Position numbers and translations under genes: made by a program. From Planctomycetota bacterium (GTDB lineage: Bacteria > Planctomycetota > UBA1135 > GCA-002748355): a stretch of DNA of 64,000 nucleotides. The DNA lies in contig JACKHW010000003.1 of the NCBI GenBank assembly GCA_020638795.1, forward strand, positions 338,027-402,026, in the 5' to 3' direction. Shown here in pieces: positions 42,244 to 52,264 of this stretch (the stretch's first letter is position 1; every line of letters begins with the position of its first letter). The notes under the pieces are model-generated. The model saw nothing but the letters and a program-made list of their open reading frames with translations, did no database searches and was not told where the DNA came from.

Positions 42244-44472
42244 TCAGCGTCCGATGCCGACGTCCACTGCCGAGCTGAACGCGAGGCCGATCCCCGACGC
42301 ACCCGCGGGGTCCAGCACGAAGGCCTGGATCCAGGCGTGCTGCCCGAGGAGCGCTGCACTGCGAGGTATGGCGAACGCCGCACGCACGAAGCCATCGGCG
42401 TTCGTCCCTGCGGGCAGGAACGTGATCGAACCCGCGAGCCGTAGGCGACAACCCCCAACCGGGAGGTCTTGGGACGCCGTCGCGATCCCGAAGACGACCG
42501 GAGCCATCGCACGCCCACGCACGAGTTCGACGCGCAACGGAGTTCCGAGCGTCGCCTCAGTCGCGCCGAGCGCTGGGGTACCGCCCGAGCCGTTGCATCC
42601 GGTTCCGACTTCGATCGTGCGCGCCTCGTGCGCGGGACCGAAGAACCACGTATCGATCTCGCGCACGACCAGTCGACTCGAGACGAGGAGTGCCTGGCCA
42701 TGATCCGCGAGGGATTCGAGCAGCGCTTCGCCACTCGGTGGGCTGACTCGCGGGGTGCGCCCAATCCAATCGGTCCCGCTCCACTCCCATGTGTCGGACA
42801 GCGGGCCATCACCACCGAACAGCAACAGCCTCCCGGCAAATCCGCGCGTCATTGCGTGGTTGCTGCGCGCGGCGGGACTCCGGGTCGGGGCGAGCTGCGT
42901 CCAGTCCTTGCCATCCCAACTCCACGTGTCGCCAAAGTCCTTCGTCGCACCGTCCGTGCCCCCGAAGAGGATCGCGCGCTTCGACACCTCATCGAAGGCG
43001 ATGCCGTGCGCGAAGCGCGCTGGCGGACGATGCGCCGGAACTTCGTGCGTCCAGGTTCCGCTGTTGTGGTCCCAGGTCCATGTATCCGAGAGCAAGCCGT
43101 TCGCATCCTTGCCACCGAACAGGACGAACCGCTGTCCACTCGCGTCGCTCGCCGACATCGCGTGCTCGCTCCGCGCGGGCGGAAGCACGCTCGGCACGAG
43201 TGGAAACCACGATTGCGCTAGTGGACTGAACGCCCACATGTCGTTCGTGTACGCACTGCCGTTCTCACCACCGAACAGCACGACGTTCCACCCGAAACCG
43301 ACCATCGAGTGACCGCGGCGCGCACTCGGTGCGAGGGTCGTGAGCGCACGGTACCAGCGATGCTCACCCCAAACCCACGTGTCGCCGAGCAACCGACCGA
43401 ACAGGTCTGCACCGCCGAACAGCACGGCGATCTGCGGGATCGAGCACACTGCCATGGCTGCCCCGTTGCGCGGTGGCGGAATCGTGCCTTCGTCCAGAAG
43501 TCGCCATCGCGAACTTCGAAACTCCCACAGATCGGCAGTCTCGCGAAACGCGGAGAAATCGGCCCCACCGAACAGCACCGCGCGCTGCCGCGTGTCATCG
43601 TACGCGAGCGACGCGCCGCGACGCATCGACGGCTTCACACCGGCCGGGCTCAGTTCCGTCCAGTTCGCGCCGTCCCACGTGAATGTGCGCACGCTACTCG
43701 GAGAAACCAAGAGGCACACACCGAGCGAACGATCGAACACCATCGACATGTCGCTCAGCAGCGGCAACGACGTACTGCGCTTCGACCAACTCGTGCCGTC
43801 CCACTCGTGGGTCTCGGGCCCGATTTGCAGCACCGTTCGCCCGCGCCGCGCGTCGTAGGCCATCGCATGCGTCGCACTCGCGGGTGGCCCGGTCACCATG
43901 CGCTGCACCCAAGTCGTACCGTCCCATTCCCACGTGTCGCCGAGCAGACCGGTCGGACCGGCACCGCCATACAGCACGCACACACCGCGTGCTTCGTCGT
44001 AGACCGTGCCCGCATGACTACGGGCAGACGGGCGCGCCGGGGGATTCTTCGTCACCCATTGCACGCCGTCCCATTCGCTCGTCACGTCGGACGGTACCGG
44101 ACTTCCATCCGTACCACCGAAGCGCACGACGACGTTGCGCCGCGCGTCGTACGTCATGGCTGCGCCCTCCAGGGCATAGGTCGTCGACCGCGCCGCCCAC
44201 CGCGTGCCATCGTGTTCCCAGTGATCGCCGAGGGCGGCACCACCCTGGCGTCCCCCGACGAGAACGAGGCAATCGCGAGCGCCGTCGTACGTGAGCGAAG
44301 CACCCGAACGCGGCGCCAACTCCTCGATGAGACCCCAGTCGTCCGCGACCTGCATCGCGGGCAGAGCGGACGCTGGTGCGAGGACACACGCAAGGACGAC
44401 GGCACGGGGAGAATGCACGCCTTGACGATAGCGCACGCTCTCTCCTGTGGGCCAAGGGCGGAATGACGTCAT
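42244..44472 (-). CDS. Kelch-repeat (galactose-oxidase-like) beta-propeller protein, secreted
   Basis: There are more than 10 repeats of the type W...P.AR..HAM.YD..R.R.VLFGG....LGDTWEWDG..W. The start is uncertain: the ATG at 44472 lies only 11 nt from the divergent lysR ATG, and an alternative GTG at 44418 gives MHSPRAVVLACVLAPASALPA. Confidence 0.7.
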   Translation of the reverse strand: MTSFRPWPTGESVRYRQGVHSPRAVVLACVLAPASALPAMQVADDWGLIEELAPRSGASLTYDGARDCLVLVGGRQGGAALGDHWEHDGTRWAARSTTYALEGAAMTYDARRNVVVRFGGTDGSPVPSDVTSEWDGVQWVTKNPPARPSARSHAGTVYDEARGVCVLYGGAGPTGLLGDTWEWDGTTWVQRMVTGPPASATHAMAYDARRGRTVLQIGPETHEWDGTSWSKRSTSLPLLSDMSMVFDRSLGVCLLVSPSSVRTFTWDGANWTELSPAGVKPSMRRGASLAYDDTRQRAVLFGGADFSAFRETADLWEFRSSRWRLLDEGTIPPPRNGAAMAVCSIPQIAVLFGGADLFGRLLGDTWVWGEHRWYRALTTLAPSARRGHSMVGFGWNVVLFGGENGSAYTNDMWAFSPLAQSWFPLVPSVLPPARSEHAMSASDASGQRFVLFGGKDANGLLSDTWTWDHNSGTWTHEVPAHRPPARFAHGIAFDEVSKRAILFGGTDGATKDFGDTWSWDGKDWTQLAPTRSPAARSNHAMTRGFAGRLLLFGGDGPLSDTWEWSGTDWIGRTPRVSPPSGEALLESLADHGQALLVSSRLVVREIDTWFFGPAHEARTIEVGTGCNGSGGTPALGATEATLGTPLRVELVRGRAMAPVVFGIATASQDLPVGGCRLRLAGSITFLPAGTNADGFVRAAFAIPRSAALLGQHAWIQAFVLDPAGASGIGLAFSSAVDVGIGR

Positions 44473-44483
44473 GATGTGCGGCA

Positions 44484-45389
44484 ATGGATCGCCTCGCGGA
44501 CCTCGCCGAATTCTGGAATCAGCTACCGGCCTTTCGTGCCGTTGCCGAGACCGAGCACCTCAAGGACGCTGCCCGAAAGCTCGGTGTCGGTGCGCCGGCG
44601 TTGTCGCGGTCGGTGCGCCTTCTCGAAGAACGGCTCGGCACGCAGCTCTTCGTGCGCGAGGGGCGTGGACTCCGTCTCAACGAAGCGGGGCGTAGGCTCC
44701 TCGAGTCGGCTCGCATAGCGATGAACCACCTCGACGAGGCCCAACTCGCGCTCCGTGGCGAGACGCTGTCCGGCCCCGTCCACATCGCGAGCTCGGGAGT
44801 CGTGACGACGAGCTATCTGCTCCCCGCGATCATTGAACTGCGGGCGGACCACGCAGGGCTCATCCCCGTTCTGAGCGGCCCACCGCCCCACGACGTCGTG
44901 TTGCGGTTGCAACGTGGGTTGCTCGACGTCGCGTTCACGAGTGATGCGATCGATGCGCCCGGACTCGTGCGCACGCACCTCGGCACCGAAACCAGTGGCC
45001 TGTATTGCGGACCGGGGCATGACCTCCACGGTCGTAGCGACATCTCGATCGACGAGGCGTGCGAACACGACTTCGTCGGCCCTCCACAGGTGAGCGGACG
45101 TGCGAGTGAAGGATGGCCACGGGACAAGCCGAGGCGCCTCGGTGCGATCGTCGATCAGATGCGCATCGGTCTCGAGTTCTGTGCGAGCGGACACTTCCTC
45201 GCGGTGCTGCCCGATGCACTCGCACGAAGCTACGGTCATGACCTTTGGCGCCTGCGGGTCGATTTGGACGCACGGGTCGAGCTGTTCGCACTGCTCCGCG
45301 AATCGACGGGCACCCGAGGTCGCGCCGAAGTCGTCGTCGACGCGGTACGCCGGAAGATCGAAAGCAGCGCAGTCACCGAAACTCGGTGA
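44484..45389 (+). CDS. LysR family transcriptional regulator
   Basis: The N-terminal wHTH is FRAVAETEHLKDAARKLGVGAPALSRSVRLLEERLGTQLFVREGRGLRLNEAG. Confidence 0.85.
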   Translation: MDRLADLAEFWNQLPAFRAVAETEHLKDAARKLGVGAPALSRSVRLLEERLGTQLFVREGRGLRLNEAGRRLLESARIAMNHLDEAQLALRGETLSGPVHIASSGVVTTSYLLPAIIELRADHAGLIPVLSGPPPHDVVLRLQRGLLDVAFTSDAIDAPGLVRTHLGTETSGLYCGPGHDLHGRSDISIDEACEHDFVGPPQVSGRASEGWPRDKPRRLGAIVDQMRIGLEFCASGHFLAVLPDALARSYGHDLWRLRVDLDARVELFALLRESTGTRGRAEVVVDAVRRKIESSAVTETR

Positions 45390-46350
45390 CGATCATCGTG
45401 TGTCGTTCGATGTAACCGCGTTCGGTGCCGTTTCGGTACCCGTTGGCTTGAATGAGCCACGCATCGAGTGGGCCGTGGCGCGTCTCGAGTGCGATCCCGG
45501 GAGACCACGTCGTCGGGAAGAACTGCAGGCACTGCACGCGGATGTTCGTGAACGGAACGAAAGGAAACTCGATCGTGATGCTTCCCGTCGCGCGCGTGAC
45601 ACCGGTGACGACGAAGATCGGATTCACCCAGAGCATCGGTCCCGCGAGTGGATCGGCGCCGAGGATCCACATCGCCGGCACCTGAGGTTGGCCCCCGAAG
45701 ACGTGCACGCCCACGAGGTCGCCCACGGTCGGTGCGAGATGCAACGTCCCGTGTCCGTAGTAATGCGGGATGACGAGTCCGTGCTCGCGGCGCTCGGCAT
45801 CGAGTGCGTACGGAGTCCAGTCGTTCCACTTCGGGTGATCGACGAGAACGTCGATCATCAATCCGTCGGTCGTCGTGATGTACGGCGTATCGAGCTTGAA
45901 CCGCACGAGGAACGGCTGCGTCGCGCTGCGAACCCAAGGCAGATCGGGAAGCACGAGTCGCTGCCGGGCGAAGACCGTCACGAGCTCCGGCGACTTGGGG
46001 AAGAGCCCCGTGTTCTGGGACTCGACATCGAGTGGCGCGAACGCGATGCGGAAGTCGTGCGCGTTCTCGCCGTGCCACCACGAGTAGGGAATCGTCGCCT
46101 CCTGCAAATACTGTCCATCGCGCCGCCACGCGAACTCGTGGATCGTCGTGTGCGCAGGGACATACGATGCGGTGTAGGCCTGGACGAAGCGCACCTTGTC
46201 GAACCCGACGTGGGTCGAGATCGCGTTCCCTTCGGCCTGCCTCGCTTCGGGCGGCACCACGTGCACGGTTGCAGCCCCTTGGGCCATCGCGGAGATGGGG
46301 ACGGCAAGCGCCACGAGCAAAGAAACCGCGCAAACATTCCTGAGTCGCAT
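45373..46350 (-). CDS. hypothetical secreted protein
   Basis: The signal peptide is MRLRNVCAVSLLVALAVPISAMAQG. No family was recognised. Its 3' end overlaps the lysR 3' end by 17 nt (convergent). Confidence 0.5.
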   Translation of the reverse strand: MRLRNVCAVSLLVALAVPISAMAQGAATVHVVPPEARQAEGNAISTHVGFDKVRFVQAYTASYVPAHTTIHEFAWRRDGQYLQEATIPYSWWHGENAHDFRIAFAPLDVESQNTGLFPKSPELVTVFARQRLVLPDLPWVRSATQPFLVRFKLDTPYITTTDGLMIDVLVDHPKWNDWTPYALDAERREHGLVIPHYYGHGTLHLAPTVGDLVGVHVFGGQPQVPAMWILGADPLAGPMLWVNPIFVVTGVTRATGSITIEFPFVPFTNIRVQCLQFFPTTWSPGIALETRHGPLDAWLIQANGYRNGTERGYIERHTMIVTEFR

Positions 46351-46450
46351 GACCGAGCCGCCTCCCGAACCGTTCGTTCTCAGGCTCTACGCGACCACCC
46401 TTCGTCGTGGCCGTGTTTTTCCGGTGACTTCATACGATTCGCACCAATCC

Positions 46451-47500
46451 TCACTCGATCTCCCAATCGAGCAGGTGGCGCAGACTCGCTTCGATCCCCT
46501 CCCGCTCGACGCCTACGGTGATGAAGACGATGCGCGTGCGCCGGTCGGCGTCGGGCCAGGCGTCGAGGACGATCGGATCGTGGAACGCGTGCTGGACGAT
46601 GTGGAGCACCGTCGGCTTCTCGACCTCGCGCACGTTCACGATTCCCTTGACGCGCAGGAGTCTCGGACCTTGGAAGTGCAGAAGGGACGTGACCCACGCT
46701 TCGAAGACGCGCAGCGGAATCGGTTCGTCGTACGTGAGGCAGAAGCTCCGGATCTCGTGGCCATGCGCGTGTCCGGGCGCATGATCGTGGTCACTATCGT
46801 CCTCGTCCGTGACTTCGAACGCGTCATCGCGTAGCCATGCATCGACGTGCTCGCCTCGCTCGAGTGCGACACCGAACAGATCCTGGGGTGCGATCGCACC
46901 GTTTTGGGCAACGACGTGCGGCGCCGATGGATTGAGGTCCCACAGCTTCCGCTCGAGTTCGACGAGACAGGCGTGCGCGGGTTCGCTCCCGAGTTCGCGC
47001 TCGAGCAGATCGAACTTGGTCAGGAGCAAGCGATCGGCGACCGCGACCTGCTTGCGGGACTCGAACCGCGCTTCGAGCGTTTCTTCGAGGTTGAACAGAT
47101 CGACCGCGCAGAGCACGGAATCGAGGAAGAAGTGTTCGCTGATGTCGATCTCGTGAATCAGCGTGCGGAGGATCGGTGCCGGGTCCGCGAGGCCAGTGGT
47201 CTCGATCAACAGTCGATCGAAGCGTGGGATCTCCCCCCGCTCGCGCTTCTCCCACAGATCGCGCATCGTCTCGAGCAAGTCGTTGCGCACGCTGCAACAC
47301 ACACAACCGGACTCGAGCACGATCATCTCCTCGGATGCGTTCTCGACGAGCAGGTGATCGAGCGAGATCTCTCCGAACTCGTTGACGATGACCGCGGTCT
47401 CGCCGGTGCCCGGATCGCGGAGCAAAGCGTTGAGGATCGTCGTCTTGCCGCTGCCGAGGAAGCCCGTCAACAGCGACGTGCTGATGCGGTTGTCCGGCAT
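46451..47500 (-). CDS. COG0523 (CobW/ZigA/YeiR-type) G3E GTPase metallochaperone
   Basis: The P-loop is GFLGSGKTT, the CxCC motif is GCVCCS, and the His-rich stretch is [15 protein letters not shown]. The ATG at 47500 overlaps the pyrC stop (ATGA). Confidence 0.85.
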   Translation of the reverse strand: MPDNRISTSLLTGFLGSGKTTILNALLRDPGTGETAVIVNEFGEISLDHLLVENASEEMIVLESGCVCCSVRNDLLETMRDLWEKRERGEIPRFDRLLIETTGLADPAPILRTLIHEIDISEHFFLDSVLCAVDLFNLEETLEARFESRKQVAVADRLLLTKFDLLERELGSEPAHACLVELERKLWDLNPSAPHVVAQNGAIAPQDLFGVALERGEHVDAWLRDDAFEVTDEDDSDHDHAPGHAHGHEIRSFCLTYDEPIPLRVFEAWVTSLLHFQGPRLLRVKGIVNVREVEKPTVLHIVQHAFHDPIVLDAWPDADRRTRIVFITVGVEREGIEASLRHLLDWEIE

Positions 47501-48834
47501 CAGGCGGACGTTTTGCGATAGCGCAACGGACGACCGCGTGGCGCGCCGTGGGTCACGTGCTTTCCGTACGTCTCGGCACCGCGCACGAACGTGCGCGTCG
47601 GCATGCCATGCAGCTTCGTGCCTTCGTACGGGGACCAGCCTGCACGGGACCGGAGCCACGCGAGTGGTAGCGCATCCTCGATGCGCGGATCGACGAGCAC
47701 GAAGTCTCCATCGAAGCCCGGTGCGAGTCGGCCCTTGCCTTCGATTCCGTACACACGCGACGGCCCTGCTCCGAGTAGTCGCACGATGTCCTCGAGGCGA
47801 AGCCAACCATCGTGCACCGCCGTCAATAGCAGAGGCAGGATCGTCTGCGTGCCCGGGATTCCCGACGGGCTCTCGGGCCAAGGCTTGGCCTTCTCCTCGA
47901 GCGTGTGGGGCGCGTGATCACTTCCGATGACGTCGATCGTGCCGTCGACGAGTGCTTCGCGGAGCGCATCGCGATGGCGACGGTCGCGCACCGGCGGGTT
48001 CATCTGCGCACGCGCACCGAAGCGCTCGTAGCACTCGGGCGCACACAGGAAGAGGTGATTGGGAGTGGCTTCCTTGGTGACGAGGTCGCCGAGGTCGCGT
48101 TCGCGCAGCAGGTCCAGCTCTTCGGCCGTCGAGATGTGGAGCAAGTGCACTTTGCGGCCGGTCTTCTCGACGAGATCGAGGAGACGCGTCGTCGAACGCA
48201 CCGCGGTCTCGATACTGCGCACCTTCGGATGGATCGCGTAGGGTGCGCCCTTCGGTGCCGCAGCGTAGTTCTGCTGCAACAACAGTTCGTCTTCGGAGTG
48301 CACCGCAACGCGGCGTTCGCCCGAGCGCAGAATGCGTTCGAGGGTTTCATCGTCGGGAACCAGCAGCGAGCCGGTCGACGACCCCATGAAGATCTTGACG
48401 CCCGCACAACCAGGAGCGGTCTCCCACTCCCCAAGAGAGTCCGCGTTGTCCTTCGACGCCCCGAGGAAGAACGCGTAGTCCGCCCACGAACGACCCGCAG
48501 CACGCTCGAGTTTGTCCGCGAGCGCTTTCGGATCGGTCGTCGGTGGCTTGGTGTTGGGCATCTCGCAGAATGCCGTCACCCCACCCGCGACGCAGCAGAG
48601 CGATCCGGTCGCGAGATCTTCCTTGTGCTCGAGACCGGGCTCGCGGAAGTGCACTTGCGAATCGATCAGTCCGGGAAACACCAGCAGACCCGTTGCATCG
48701 ATCCGCTGCGCATCCGCCGCAGGCTCGATGGCATCACCGACCGCAGTGATGAGTCCGTTCTCGATCAGGAGATCTTCGTGGCGCACACCGTCTTCGTGCA
48801 CGAGCGAACCACCATGCACGAACAGTTGCGTCAT
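47500..48834 (-). CDS. pyrC: dihydroorotase (cyclic amidohydrolase)
   Basis: Contains [24 protein letters not shown]...[15 protein letters not shown] and VIGSDHAPH. The sequence has QVH where most DHOases have HxH. Confidence 0.75.
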   Translation of the reverse strand: MTQLFVHGGSLVHEDGVRHEDLLIENGLITAVGDAIEPAADAQRIDATGLLVFPGLIDSQVHFREPGLEHKEDLATGSLCCVAGGVTAFCEMPNTKPPTTDPKALADKLERAAGRSWADYAFFLGASKDNADSLGEWETAPGCAGVKIFMGSSTGSLLVPDDETLERILRSGERRVAVHSEDELLLQQNYAAAPKGAPYAIHPKVRSIETAVRSTTRLLDLVEKTGRKVHLLHISTAEELDLLRERDLGDLVTKEATPNHLFLCAPECYERFGARAQMNPPVRDRRHRDALREALVDGTIDVIGSDHAPHTLEEKAKPWPESPSGIPGTQTILPLLLTAVHDGWLRLEDIVRLLGAGPSRVYGIEGKGRLAPGFDGDFVLVDPRIEDALPLAWLRSRAGWSPYEGTKLHGMPTRTFVRGAETYGKHVTHGAPRGRPLRYRKTSA

Positions 48835-49901
48835 CGGTCGTCCTTGCGTCTTCGCGGATGGTCGTCACCCGCGTCTTCGTAACGGGCGCGAACTTCGGGA
48901 ATCAGGTATTCGTCGAGCGCGCGGTCGAGATCGTACTCGGGCTTCCAACCCCACTGCTCGCGCGCAGGCGTGTCGTCGACATCGGCCGGCCACGTCGCGA
49001 CGATGCCGTTGCGTGCGGTATCCGGCTCGAACGTGATCTGGGCATCGGGGAAGGCAGCGAGCACACGAGCGCGGAAGTCGTCGGCACGGAACGAGAACGA
49101 ACCGACGTTGTAGACACGTTGGCGCAGCGCTTCGACCGGTGCAGACGCGAGCATCGTGAGCGACCGGATCGCGTCGGGCATCGCCATGAACGGCAGTCGT
49201 GCGCCTTCGTCGACGAAGCACGGATACGGCGTGCCCTGCGCCGCGTGGTGCAGCATCTCCGGTGCGTAGTCACTCGTGCCGCCCGTCGGCACCGTCTTCG
49301 CACTGATCAGCCCGGGGAAGCGCAGCGACCTGAAGTCGACGCCGCTCTTGCCGCGTTCGGCCGTCAGTTGCTGGAAGTGCTCCGAGTAATACCTGCCGAG
49401 GTGTTCGCAGTACAGCTTGTTGCAGCCGTACATCGTGGTCGGAAAGTTGTGGTCGATCTCACGAACGCGCCCGGCTCGCTCTTTCGTTGCACGGTCCGGC
49501 AAGCCGTAGGCCGCGATCGAACTCGGGAAGAGAAACGGGATCGATCGCGCTTGGTAGCGCGCTTCGGTGACCGCCAACTCGAGCAGGATCAGCGTGCCAT
49601 CGACGTTGACGCGATGCCCCTGCTCGGGCGAGTACTCGGCCCGCGTGCTGAGGAGCGCCGCGAGATGGTAGATCGCGCGAATCTCGTATTCCGTGACGAG
49701 GCGCGCCCACAGCTCCTTGTCGAGAATGTTGCCGGCGACGCCGTGCACGCCGTCCTTCTCGAACTCGGGTCCGAGCGGACGCAGGTCGAGACAGAGAAGC
49801 TCGTGGTCTCCGTGCTCGAGCAGATGCTCGACGAGACCGTGACCGATTTCACCACCAGCACCCGTGATCAGGGTGACCGGCTTGCGAAGAGGAAGCGCCA
49901 C
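48831..49901 (-). CDS. NAD-dependent epimerase/dehydratase family protein (SDR-type L-threonine 3-dehydrogenase-like)
   Basis: Contains LITGAGGEIGHGL, YHLAALLS, PSSIAAYG, TMYGCNKLYCEHLGRYY and FRSLRFPGLIS. The start at 49901 is a GTG. Confidence 0.7.
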   Translation of the reverse strand: MALPLRKPVTLITGAGGEIGHGLVEHLLEHGDHELLCLDLRPLGPEFEKDGVHGVAGNILDKELWARLVTEYEIRAIYHLAALLSTRAEYSPEQGHRVNVDGTLILLELAVTEARYQARSIPFLFPSSIAAYGLPDRATKERAGRVREIDHNFPTTMYGCNKLYCEHLGRYYSEHFQQLTAERGKSGVDFRSLRFPGLISAKTVPTGGTSDYAPEMLHHAAQGTPYPCFVDEGARLPFMAMPDAIRSLTMLASAPVEALRQRVYNVGSFSFRADDFRARVLAAFPDAQITFEPDTARNGIVATWPADVDDTPAREQWGWKPEYDLDRALDEYLIPEVRARYEDAGDDHPRRRKDDR

Positions 49902-49925
49902 GTCGAACGCCAGCCTGGATGAAGA

Positions 49926-50249
49926 TCAGGCCGAAGCGTCGCTCTGGATCGATTCGAGCGCGCGACGGTTGCGGCCGCGAACGGCTTTGACGAGCGGAAA
50001 GGAGACCGTCTTGTCGCCCTTCTGCAGGGTTATCACTCCCGACTTGATCACCTTCGTCGAGACCTTGAGTCGCAGCACACGCCCATCGGGATCGATCACT
50101 CGGATCGACTGCAGGTTGGGCTTGAACGTGCGCTTGGTCCGGCTCGTGATGCGGAGACCGACGCCGCCCTTCTTCTTCGGCAGTCCGCGACGGGACACGT
50201 TGTTGCCGACTCGGGTGCGCTTGCCGGTGACTTGACAGACTCGGGCCAT
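49926..50249 (-). CDS. rpmB: 50S ribosomal protein L28 (with C-terminal extension)
   Basis: MARVCQVTGKRTRVGNNVSRRG...KRTFKPNLQ. The start is the ATG at 50249. Confidence 0.9.
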   Translation of the reverse strand: MARVCQVTGKRTRVGNNVSRRGLPKKKGGVGLRITSRTKRTFKPNLQSIRVIDPDGRVLRLKVSTKVIKSGVITLQKGDKTVSFPLVKAVRGRNRRALESIQSDASA

Positions 50250-50317
50250 GGTTCGTTCTACTGTTCTTGCTGTCCGAACCCACGTGCCGGGCTCGGGTTG
50301 AAGGCGACGCCTACCCC

Positions 50318-50359
50318 CGTCGAGACCAGGACGTCGAGACCGTGACGTCGAGACCGGGA
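50318..50359. repeat. three in-phase tandem 14-mers CGTCGAGACCNNGA between lgt and rpmB
   Basis: cgtcgagaccagga (50318-31), cgtcgagaccgtga (50332-45) and cgtcgagaccggga (50346-59). Confidence 0.85.
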
Positions 50360-50430
50360 TGCGCGTCGCGAATTGCGAGCCCGAAGAGTCTAGCGACCCG
50401 TCCCGCTGGTGCAACAGCTCGCGTGCCGAG

Positions 50431-51438
50431 TCAAGAAGTCGTGCCGGACGGGTTCTCGACCCGCGGATCCCCGTGCCGCGTCTTCCGGAAGAGCAGCCAC
50501 AGCCCGCCGAGGATCATCAGGGTGCAGAGCACCTGTCCCATGCTCATGAATCCGAGCACCGTCCCGAGGTCGCCGGGCTTCTCCGCGAATTGGGAATCGG
50601 GTTGACGGAAGAACTCGAGAATCCAGCGCAGCACGCCGTACCCCACGACGAAGGTGCCTGCATACCGGCCGAAGCCGAGCGGCGCGTTCCTGGTCCGACG
50701 CCAGACCACGAACAGGATCAATCCCAGCAACAATCCCTCGCACAGGGCCTCGTACGCCTGGCTCGGGTGTCGAAGCGGTACGGCATGCGCGATCTTGTCC
50801 CAGTCACCGTTCTCGAACGCCTGGAGGATCCTGAGCTCGCGTGCACGCGTCGCAAGCCCGTCGAGACGGAGCCCCGTCCACGCAACGGGGTCCGTCGGGA
50901 AGCGCATGGCCCAGGGCACCGAGGAGTCCGTGATACGACCGTAGAGTTCGCCGTTGATGAAGTTGGCGACCCGAACGGCGAAGATCCCGGGCGTGACCGC
51001 GAGTGCAAGGCCGTCCATGATGCGGAGCGGCGCGACTCCTCGCCGCTTGCAGAAGAGCAGCGTCGCGAAGATCACGCCCAGCAGCCCGCCGTGGAACGAC
51101 ATGCCGCCCTCCCAGACCGCGAAGATCGACATCGGGTCGCGAAAGGTCTCGGGCTTGTAGAACAAGATGAATCCGAGCCGACCGCCGAGAACGACGCCGC
51201 CGATGAGCCACAGCATGAGATCCTGCGGCCCTTCGGGCGGTAGGCCGAGGAAGCCTCTCTTGTTGAGCCGTTCGAGGATCCAGGCACCGGCGACGAACCC
51301 GACGACGTACATGAGTCCGTACCACCGCAGGTCGAGCGGACCCGGGAAATCGACGAGCACGGGATCGAAGCCGTGGTACGGGATCTCCAGCAAGCTCTGG
51401 ATTGCCGGCAACGAAATAGCAAGGCCCCACGCAGTCAT
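50431..51438 (-). CDS. lgt: prolipoprotein diacylglyceryl transferase
   Basis: Contains LRWYGLMYVVGFVAG, GGRLGFILFY, FAVWEGGMSFHGGLLG and ANFINGELYGR. The start is the ATG at 51438; the track ORF is over-extended. Confidence 0.9.
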   Translation of the reverse strand: MTAWGLAISLPAIQSLLEIPYHGFDPVLVDFPGPLDLRWYGLMYVVGFVAGAWILERLNKRGFLGLPPEGPQDLMLWLIGGVVLGGRLGFILFYKPETFRDPMSIFAVWEGGMSFHGGLLGVIFATLLFCKRRGVAPLRIMDGLALAVTPGIFAVRVANFINGELYGRITDSSVPWAMRFPTDPVAWTGLRLDGLATRARELRILQAFENGDWDKIAHAVPLRHPSQAYEALCEGLLLGLILFVVWRRTRNAPLGFGRYAGTFVVGYGVLRWILEFFRQPDSQFAEKPGDLGTVLGFMSMGQVLCTLMILGGLWLLFRKTRHGDPRVENPSGTTS

Positions 51439-51516
51439 GCGAACGGACGCTAGCCGTCCGCTTCCCGAGTCGCCACCGCGGATCGGATCGGGATCGAGGC
51501 TCGACCCGCAATTGCC

Positions 51517-52170
51517 ATGTCCGCGCTGACCGAGCGACCGTCGACCTTCGACTGGTCGGAAACGCCAGTGCGCTTGCGTGACTTTGCCGCCGACCGAGGC
51601 GCGACACTCGCTCCGGACGAACGCGCGTTCGTGAGCGACGACGGCGCGTGGCGCTTCGAGCCGCCGCTCGTGCAGTCGATCGCACCGGGGATCACGACGC
51701 CCGAGTCGTACGAAATCGACATCGGAACCTCGCTCGGTCTCCAGCTCGTCGTGCTCGTGCGCGCCGGCGCCTTCGCCTTCGGACTGTGGCGTGACGACGA
51801 GTTGTTGACGCACAAAGCGCAAAAGCGCTACGTCGTGCGCGGCAACGGCCGCGCCCAACCGTCGCATCTCGCACGCAAGGGAAAGTCGCGATACGGCTCG
51901 CGTTTGCGGCTTCGCAACGCGGCCGCACAGCACGAGGATCTCGTTTCGCGCCTCCGGACGATCGACGAGGAGCACGGCCGCCCCCGCGGCCTATGGCTCG
52001 CCTGCCCCACCCGGCTCGCGTCCGATCTCCACGCAGCCTCGTCCGGCATGCCGTGGCCACGAGGCGCCTGGCTGCGCATTCCGTACCACGTCCACCAACC
52101 CGACTTCGGTGAAGTGCTTCGGGTGCGCGCCCTGCTCGTGCGCGGACGCATCCTGCCCGTGACCTCGTGA
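51517..52170 (+). CDS. hypothetical protein; possible Vms1/VLRF1-like (eRF1-fold) peptidyl-tRNA hydrolase family member
   Basis: The segment LQLVVLVRAGAFAFGLWRDDELLTHKAQKRYVVRGNGRAQPSHLARKGKSRYGSRLRLRN resembles the core I recall for bacterial VLRF1 proteins (...vRrGg.avGv...l..sKv...YV.gRt.aGG.SQ.RFaRRR). The GG-SQ loop is divergent here. The comparison rests on memory only. Confidence 0.3.
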   Translation: MSALTERPSTFDWSETPVRLRDFAADRGATLAPDERAFVSDDGAWRFEPPLVQSIAPGITTPESYEIDIGTSLGLQLVVLVRAGAFAFGLWRDDELLTHKAQKRYVVRGNGRAQPSHLARKGKSRYGSRLRLRNAAAQHEDLVSRLRTIDEEHGRPRGLWLACPTRLASDLHAASSGMPWPRGAWLRIPYHVHQPDFGEVLRVRALLVRGRILPVTS

Positions 52171-52264
52171 ACGATCGCCGCGACGAATTCGCGTGATCCG
52201 CACGCACTCGACTGCTTCACCGTGCCGCTATGCTGCGAACTCCCTCCTCCTGACCTCGGAGAGC

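Noticed and set aside
44418-44486. The Kelch gene start and the lysR start appear to overlap or nearly abut. The track places both at 44484.
   Set aside because: The track start for the Kelch ORF is a TTG. An ATG at 44472 or a GTG at 44418 (giving a clean signal peptide) is more plausible and leaves a normal divergent promoter region. This is a start-codon assignment issue rather than biology.
46393-46425. A hairpin-plus-T-run, GACCAC-N8-GTGGCC-GTGTTTTT, reads as a plus-strand terminator.
   Set aside because: Both neighbouring genes are on the minus strand and no plus-strand gene ends nearby. The stem is short with one mismatch. An antisense or sRNA terminator is possible but unsupported.
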